From Trichinella spiralis (Eukaryota): a stretch of DNA of 64,000 nucleotides. Under the pieces are notes generated by a model. That model saw only the letters and a program-made list of their open reading frames with translations, was not told the DNA's origin and did no database searches. Positions within the stretch are counted from its first letter, which is position 1; the number at the start of each line of letters is the position of its first letter. The translations under genes and the position numbers were made by a program. Where the stretch lies: positions 7,760,120 through 7,824,119 of the forward strand of contig NW_003526941.1 of assembly GCF_000181795.1 (NCBI RefSeq). The letters are read 5' to 3'. Of this stretch, positions 54,634 through 64,000 are shown in pieces.

Positions 54634-57600
54634 TCCTGTTTTATAACACTCAGATATTATTTAATTTTTCCTTAGTAATATAATTTTGAACAGTTTAACA
54701 TGATAAATTAAATAGTAAGTAAATATAATAGTGAGACTGTACAGTGTGGAATAGGTGATAAATTAAAGCAGCCATTAAGTATATTAACTGCTTCACGATA
54801 ACTGCAAATTAAGATTAATTGCAAGCTGCAGATCAAAGAGGATGAAAAATCTATTTTCTTTATTCAGTAACAACCGTCCATCGTCCATGAAAATATAATT
54901 TCTGCTCATTTCAACTGGATCACTGAATGTAAAATCAAAAAATAATTATCTACTTTTTTCTCTTAAATAACTAATAATAATAATAATTCATACTAACACT
55001 TTAAACGATAATATTATGTCAAAATCTGAAATGTTGCACAAAGATGCATTTCAACAAAATGCAAACAAAAATATTCATATAATTCAACAAATGCCAAAGT
55101 AATGGAAATTTTGAACAAATTTTTCGCATAATTTTTTCATGTTAAAAATTTCTAAATGAAATAATTTGTGAAATTAATTTCTGAGAAGAATGAAGCAAAA
55201 CTTTCCGCGGTTGAAAATTTTAATGGCACTGTTTGTCATTCTCTTGGAACATGAACTGAATGACGGGAAAATTAATTTCTGCTTGATGATGAAAAAAAAA
55301 GAAACACTTTTCAAGCATTCTCACGGGATGATAGATCAAACTGATGACAAATAACTGCGATACGTTTTGCTATACACATCCATACACAGTCGAGCATTCT
55401 TTGATCAATTTCAACCTGGTCACAAGTGCCGCTTCTTCCCTGAGAACATTTGTCTTTTTTGACACAATTCCAATCAGAAAATGAAAATTCCCCACTTTTT
55501 CTCCCCAACAATTCCCAACATCTTGCACAGATAAAGTCGATTGTTTTTTCCCAAATTATTCGAAATAAGACAAGCTAATTTTCAAGCAAGAAAATAACAC
55601 GGGACAACAATCATGCTCTCCTCTTCTGTATATTCTCTCATATGCAATGGATAATTTTGTAAAATTGTTTAAAACGAGAGCAAACAAAAAGCAAAAAACC
55701 ACTTACCCAAAAAAAATTACTCTTCATATATGCATACACATAAATGTAAGGAGAGGCAGATAAATGCTTGCTTGAAGGATAGAACAATTTTGGCTTCTTG
55801 CACACGGTTCAAAAGAAAACTAGTTTGTGATCGAAATTTCACTTAAACTGATCAAACTAGAGTTGTACCAGTGATTCATAACGTACCGTGCAAAATATTT
55901 AACCTGACAAAACCGCTGATAAATATGCAAATTTCATTTGAATAAATAAACTTACACGTCACACGTTGCATTTGAATGAATCAGATATTTCCTTTTTCTT
56001 CCATTTTATAGAAAAAAAATTACTATTGTTATTTTAATATAGTGGAAGTAATTTTTTTTATTTTCAAATAAGCAATCGGATGAATTTTCACACTAGCCTA
56101 CCTGTAGTCGAGTTATTCAATCGGTTCAGCATAATTGTCAAATCAATTGGTTCAAATGAGAAACAGAATTGAATCAGATCTATATAAAGCGGATACGCTG
56201 AGAAGCAGTTTGATCAGACTTTGATCATGCAGAAAAAGGGTGTCATTATAAATAAGAAGGCCAATTTTCCGTGTGATACGATCACGTTTTGAACAGGCCG
56301 ACTGTTAGCGGTCAGCGGTCGAGTACAGGAAAACGCTCATTATTGACTAATAAAGCACCATTTCCGTATCAATCATTCGGACAATGGTCTTTCAAAGTGC
56401 ACAATAGCCGACGATTGGATTAAATCAACGATAACAATGACACTGTTATGGTGAGCTTATTAAAAAGGTGAAAAATCACCAAAAATCCTCTTCAAATCGA
56501 TCGTTGCACTTTGCCCCCCTCACTCCCTCCCTACCTCTACCTCTTGCTCTGTTCAGCCTTCAACGAATGCAGACCTCTGCGCGCGCTTCTTGCTTTACTG
56601 GCCATACATTATGTATTACCATATACTGGGGTTAGCATTTCAAAGAAGTAAAACAGAAAAGAAAAAAAAACACCTCTTCTATAAAGAAATGATCATCATG
56701 AAAAATAAATAAATGTGAAAAAATTCAAAAGTCAGATAACTGTTAATGAAAATCAGGAAAGTACAATGAGAATTGCAATTTGCAAGTTCCGCTTTTTATC
56801 AATAAAAATGTAATATGAAGAAATTTATTCAGCAAATCATGAAAATATAATAACAGTTGTTGTCATGATTATTATACTTCACCAACTTCTTTTCACTGTC
56901 AAACAATACATTGCAATTAGTACGTTGTCACAATATCACAATATGAAGTATTTAAAATTTATTTTAAAAAGAAAACAGTAAGCTAATTTATGCATCTGAT
57001 GACATTATAATAAGTGGATTGTTTTGTTGCGCAGTGATTAAGATCAAACATTTCATAACAAATGATTTACCGCGTTGGAAATGCTTAAACAGCTATTTAT
57101 CAAAGCTTTTCATTTAGCAATCATTTCACTTAAAGATAAAATGTCACATTTCAGTCATACAGACAACAACTTTTGCTTATATTTTTAGCTTTGAAACTGC
57201 TCAAGCAAAAAGAGTTGTGCAATAATATTTTGTTTTTTCTTCAAAAATTATCCTTCAATATATATATATATTTACGACTGACTACTCATTGTTAAGCAAA
57301 AATATGCTTTTATATTTAATAGCTATTTCAAGCCAATTCAAAGTGTAAAAAACCATAAGATAACTAATTAGAATGAAAACAACTTTTCATTGAATTAAAG
57401 TATCAAGATATTCCCCCTCCCCCTCCATATGAATATTTGGAAATATATTTTTAGAAAAAACACATTCATAACTGATGATCAATTATCAATTTATTTTCAC
57501 TTGAATTATTTTTGATTTTGATTGGAAAAAATACAAAAAAAACCAAATATAAATTTCTCTTCAAAATCTACGAATGCTGAATTAAAATAAAGTTTCCATT

Positions 57601-60600
57601 GACAAGAAGATGAATTTGTTAAGTTTGCATTTGTTCAATAATTATACCTGCTAGTTATTGTCAGATGGCATACATTTTAGTGCATATTAATAAAGAAATC
57701 CTCAACACCTGTTTCTTATTCTTCAACATTCACCGGCAATAGTTGTCCCTTTGAGTTGGGCAATTTTCATTTGCAAAAGTCTTAACAACGCGGAAAATGT
57801 GAAATTGTAAAAATTGCCAAAAAACCTCAGAATGGTGAACAAAAGATTATTGCACAATTTTCACAAGCGTTACAAATTGAAAATCCAAAAAGAGAAAAGT
57901 CTAATGACTCCGACTGACCTCACAAACTGGATACACTCACAAAGAGGAGTCCTCTTTTCAGGACATTTAACTGAAATGCTATTTTTAACCTGCAAAATCT
58001 ATATCTTCACCATCACTTCAAATGGAATGGAAAAATATTACTATTAAAAAATTTATAATACGCGAAAAATTCCAATTAAAATGACAATGAAATATTACAA
58101 GAAAAAAATATCCATATAAGCGTGCAGCTTTCAAATTATATTGCAATTATTTTATTTTCTAAAAGATGTTCTCTCTCTCCACCAAACAGAATGCATCAGT
58201 GTATCTAATAATATATAAAACTTTTTTTTTCTTCAAAATTTCTGATCCCATCATTTAAAATCATCAAAACTGAGTTTCTATTGATTTTCCTTGAGCTTTT
58301 TGTTCCCACATGAAAACGGATAATTACCATTAAGTTTGAAAATTTATAAATAATAACATAAATGCAATCGCGCAACTGTTTGTGACGTATTTCATGTTCA
58401 ATAATAGAATATGCAAAAATAAATTGAATAATGAAACATTCAACAAATTTTGAAATTATTCTGACTAGGTAAAAAATTTAATTTTCTCAATTTAATAAAC
58501 GAATTTTAAAGTGTTCTTCAAAATTTTAACCATTTCTTTTTATGAAACATGTTCCAATGTCAAAAATGACGTGCTAATCTTTCTTCATTCGTTGTTATTT
58601 TATTTTCTCAGACTTAAGGTTCGGTTAAATCTAACCCAACTGATATACATTCATATATATAATTTCTATAAATAATAAAATACGAAAATCAGTTCACCTT
58701 CAATATGGCAACTATATATTGACGATTAGTGCAGAAAATGTGAACTCTACTACATATTTTCTCTCCAAGAAACCATCCGGATAAAAACACTAACACCTAT
58801 ATTTGAACACTCGAACAGATAAACTTACATTAAAATTAAACAAAATTCATCAGCCAATTTCATCCAGTAACCAAGCAAATCAATATGCCTATATTAAAAG
58901 TGTTTTCCAAATTGTAGGAAAGCTACATGCATACAAAGTAAAGAGATAAAAAAAGATTTCTTTCACTTTATCACACATCTGTCTGTGATAAGTAACGTTC
59001 TTAAAGTGAAATAAAGAAACACAATTACTACAATAGGAAGAGTCAGCTACAGTGACAATGTGGTAGTTTGAGTATAGATATTCTCACCGGCTGTGCTTGT
59101 CAGTTGGAAAAGAACAAAGAGAGGTTTCAAATGTATGAAAGAAAGATTTAAGCTAGTAGAATTGTGTTCAGAGAAGAAGAATGTAGAATATTTCCACCTC
59201 AAGGGTTCTACCTGAGATTGTGAGTTTCAGATGAAGCTGACGCAAGTCAGTTTATGCATCGACAACGTGAATAATAAATACTTAATAGGTTTGTTTGCAA
59301 TCGTCCGGTCAGCAGTATATCGCTAGATAAAGAGGCTCAATTCATTTTAATTCTCCTCCCGCTAATTTACCATTATTACAACCGAGTCAGCCGATCAATG
59401 CAATTGCAACTAGTCAGCTTGTCAATGATTCAAGCGCTGGTCAAAGGGCTCGGCACCTTCCCAAACACTGAAAGCAACATTTTCAAAAGCATCGACAGAC
59501 AGACAGACAGAGACAGTTTAAGCTAAACTAAACTAAAATCGACTCGATCACTTGTTGATTGCCACCTTTAATGACTGAACAAAAACTGCTCTTCATGAAT
59601 TGAAAATGCACGCATAAAACACTGCTACGGCTATTTCTCGTTTCTCTCTTTTTCTTTTTTCAGCTTTTCCACTTAACTCTCTGGCAGCTATTAATTTTTA
59701 ATCATTCTCATTGCCCCAACAGCCCGTCATGTATTTGTCAATGTAATTCTTTTAAGCACTGATTACATTATTATTTTCCTTTCTCTTATGATGTTCAACA
59801 TGAATCAATCACCAGTAATTCATTAAATAATATAACATTGCAAATTCATAAAATTTAGATAATTAAAATACACGTCTGGCTGTTTGTTCAATAAAACTAA
59901 TATTGTTCAAAAAAATATTTTTCAAACTTCTACACACATCAATCAATAGAATATAAAAATCACATTCAACAGAAAATATAATTTCATTTAAATATGCACA
60001 CTTGTTTGGATTTTATATATAAAACAAATTTTACCAAATCCAAAATCGGATCAATATAAATAAAACAAGTTTGCATAATCCTGCTTTAAGCATAATTTAC
60101 CTATTGAGTGACGGCTAATTCAGTGGAAATGCAACGAATTTTCTTATCGGTAAAAGTTAAATTTAATCAGCTATGAATTAAGTCATCTTAGCTAAGGTGC
60201 AAACGGTGAAAGAACATTGACAATAATATTTTACACTGATATTTTTATTGAAAAACCTTACCTCGTAAACTTACGCCTATGCCAATGCAATTAGTTGACT
60301 TGAAATATCAAATGAACAAAGAAAGTGAAACATCAAATGACGACATTCATATTTTAATTTTATGAACTGCAAAAGTCGAATAAATCAAACTGTACCGTTT
60401 CAATCAATTTAGCTGAATTTTTACATCTTCAGACAGAAAATCAATTATTTCAAGTGAAATTGCTTAGCAAGAACAGTACAAAACCAACAACTCATAGATC
60501 ATCAATCTATCGTCCATCCAAGTGGATCGAACACATTAGAAAATGGTTGATTTAAATTTCAAAATTGAAACCCTCTTATCAATGCAATGCTAACACAGAA

Positions 60601-61175
60601 AGTGCTGATGAAATGGTAGAAGAGTGAATTTGATGTTTTTTTTCCTCAAAAACACCAACATCTAGATTAAAATTATGCTTTTATAAAAAGGAACATCATG
60701 ATCATGATTTTTGATATTCTTCTTATGGTCAAATTGTCTTATCTGAAACTTAAACTAATTCAATCAGCACAATGCATTCAGTGTTGTCATCAGGTTGACC
60801 AGGGATTCAATGCCAACCGTCTGGCCAATTAATTTCCTTTCCACTCTTGATTAAAATGCACAAATGGATGATAATCGCCTGCTCATTGGACCCAAGCGTG
60901 CTAGCCTTGTCCAAGCTTAATGGCTTTTCTGATCTAGCGTGAGTCAGAAGCTGACATGCGACATGAGCGAAAGCATTAAACCGATTGAGAAGAGATCAAT
61001 GGCCGCCGTTTACCGACTTGACATGCGAACAACCGACATTTGAACACACAACGTCAACTTCAGCATTGTTGGGCAAGCAAAAATCCAATTAAATCTATTC
61101 AACTTGAAGAGCGCTGTTCATGAACCATTTCCGGCTATTACTTCTTCTATTCTACATAACACTGCTTTTGCCATC

Positions 61176-61205
61176 ACAACAACAACAACAACAACAACAA
61201 CAACA
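61176..61205. repeat. (ACA)n microsatellite
   Basis: About 10 tandem ACA units. Confidence 0.85.
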
Positions 61206-64000
61206 CAACAATAAAAAAAATCTAGACTTCTTTTGTAATTTCCTGCCCAAAAAATTAGAAACTGACCACCGGATAGTTTAAAATAATCACAACTTTTCTT
61301 AATATTTAAAAACAAAGATTGATGATACAAATTGCCCATTTACTCCCCAACAGATAAATACTGTCCCAATCATTAATGGCAATTATTTTGATTTCATTTC
61401 CCATTTCGACAAAACCAAAAACAAAAAGAAATATATATATCTATATACATAGAATAAAAGTTAATCGACATAGGATGGATGATCAACAGATCACTAATTT
61501 CACATGATCAGTTTAATTATTCATTTCAGCATCAACATCAATTTAAAAGGAGTGCAGCTTACAATGTGTCGCAATTAAACCAAATTAAACACATGGGCAT
61601 TTTGTTGCAACTCAAAAAATTGAAATTGATTCAATTAATAAAATAAAACAGCTAACAATAAAAAAATGTACAATGCCAAGCTATTTTCAAACTTTAACTT
61701 TATTTTTTTAACTAAAAATTGACTGCTTTTCTTATTTAAAATTGCACTTGAACATTTGAATAAGCTTGAATACTGAAATTAAAAAATACAAATAAATTAC
61801 CCTATAAAATGCAATTTCAGGTTTGCACCATCAAAAACATTACTACACCAATTGAATTACTATTTCAATAGCAAAAATTCATGAAGTTCATATTAATGTG
61901 CAAAATTTTAAAGTTCAGTTTCTATTTCTCCGCAATAATAAGCAAAAATGCTGGCTGCATCAACAAATACAATTTGCAATGCAATCTTACCTGCACTTTT
62001 ACTACTAGCACATTATTATCAGTACTATAATGAAAAGTATACTGACTTTTTGAAATCTATTAAATTGTAATGTTTCCACAATCTTTAAAAAAAGAAAACA
62101 GCGTCACAACCTCGAATGCACGAAATTGGCCAAGTATACTTACAAATTAGAAATATCACAGCTCTTAACCATATAACAATAAAGATGAAATATCCTTTTC
62201 ATCCATCAGCAACTAAGCAAATAATAAATCTCAAAACGGCAAAATCTATTTGCCTACAGCCGCGTCATTTGATTTAAATTAAAACAAAATGCACTCACTG
62301 TGAAATGATATTTGAACACTGTTCAAAACCATTTTTCCGCATCTACAGTTTCCATAGAATCTGGGCAAATTGAATTTTGAAATAGAAATAAAAAAGCTCG
62401 GTTCACCCGTACAATTGAAAAAAAATCACTATCCTTTTGTAGAATGCTATTTTGTTTCAATAAAATAGAAATAGTATGCTTGAAAATTCAAATGCCTGAA
62501 GGAACGATTTTCAAAAGCACAAGTATTCAAATTTTAGCACCCAGTTCTATTTTTACATATTCAAATGAAAAATTGAAAATGTTCAACATTCACATTTACA
62601 ATAGAATTTATAAGAAAATTTTAATCAAATTCAAATTTGAAGCCATTAATTTCTATTTTTTCACTTCAAATCAAATCAAATTTAAAATCTCTCTTTTAAA
62701 TACAGTAAATAAATTGCAAAAATAGAATTGTTCAGAAGCGTCTTTTAAATATGAAATTTTAACGATATTACTATTATTAAAATGAGACAAGCAAGCAACC
62801 AAATTTGCAATGATCGCTTTCATTACTTAAATAAATATTTACATTGGGGAAGGAAAAAAATTGTGATGTTTTGATGTCCTAAAAGCAATCATTTAAAACA
62901 ATAATAATCATAATTTCCTAAATATGGATTTCATTGATAGCACAGATAACTGTGCTTGTTAAGTTCTACACGCAACCAATATTAAGGGGACATTTGAATT
63001 CCCTATGCGAATGGCAAAATTGCAATGTTAAAATGTCCACACGAATGCTGGCAACTTTACAAGTTGATTAATGATTTCTAACCGCATACTGGTAAAATAT
63101 TCATAACATTGCAAATGTAATTTTCTTGACAACAGACTTGAAACAATTTCTATTTTCACAGAACTGAGACCAATTTATCAAAAGCAATTAGAAAAAGAAA
63201 TACACACGTTTATGCATAATAATAATAATATTAAAAGCAAAAGTAGCAAAATGCACATTTCTTTACTGATGTTATAGAAATCACTGAAACTAATGCAAAT
63301 TAATTCTGATATTTTTATTAGCTAATTTTTTAACGAAAATAACAAAATTATAGATAAATGCTACAAATAATAAACTATTCTTCAAATTACACACACACAA
63401 ATATATATTTATATATACACTGACAAACTGATTGATAATGAATTTCTTTCAGAAATTCATTACATCTATTACAATAAATGTGCCTTTTAATAAAATTGCT
63501 TAAATAAAATGACCGCTAAAAATAAAAAGCGTCAACATTTTGAAGCCAGTCAATATGCTTAATTAAATGTACAGAAAAGACGGTCTATTTTTCTATAATT
63601 GAAAAAAATCTCATGAGAGATAGTGATAAAGCAAAAATCTTCCAAATGAACAATTTCAAAAGCATCACCTCATCTTGTCTCAAAGGCAGCTTTGATTATC
63701 GAATGCAATTTCCATATTCGCCATCATTGTTCAAACGATTTGAAAAATGCACGTGTTATTTTCAAATTCATTTGTAAAAAGCAAAGCAAATAATGCAAAG
63801 CTGATCGCTAATGTTACAAATAATTGTTACGAAATTTCACCCACTTTTGTACTGCAATTCGAAATCGAAATTCACTTTTGTACTGAATCATACTAGCATA
63901 AATATGAGAAATGAACCGTCAAATAACGATGTTATACAATTCTATTTCACAATTAATCTCTATGAAGCTGAAAAATTAAGAAGAAAATTAAAATATACGC

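Noticed and set aside
55222..55243. miR-228/183-like start AATGGCACTG
   Set aside because: Only the 5' 10 nt resemble the remembered miRNA, and I see no convincing precursor hairpin.

Overview
AT-rich eukaryotic genomic DNA with two assembly gaps. Short (~45-90 nt) GT-AG introns, loose TTTTAG/TTTCAG acceptors and a DMSR-type receptor suggest a nematode, possibly clade I (Trichinella-like); this is inference. I assembled six protein-coding genes by hand from splice sites: an intronless DMSR/myosuppressin-receptor-like GPCR (-); a 4-exon LAMTOR5/HBXIP (-) that the ORF track misses; an intronless DAD1 (+); an 8-exon ABHD4/ABHD5 (CGI-58-like) hydrolase (-); and two convergent 3-exon BarH-class homeobox genes. 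The first ~3.3 kb is repeat-rich. Three long stretches lack credible coding sequence (10.9-33.8, 37.1-45.1 and 52.7-64 kb). I found no clearly novel system. The most interesting observations are: the two BarH paralogs differ in type (one ceh-30/31-like, one canonical) yet share intron positions and a 15-nt promoter element; DAD1 sits next to ABHD4/5 as in vertebrates; the ABHD nucleophile is Ala rather than Ser; the GPCR has D2.50H; and there is an array of about 15 5'-splice-site/U1-like motifs. All family comparisons are from memory, not database searches.
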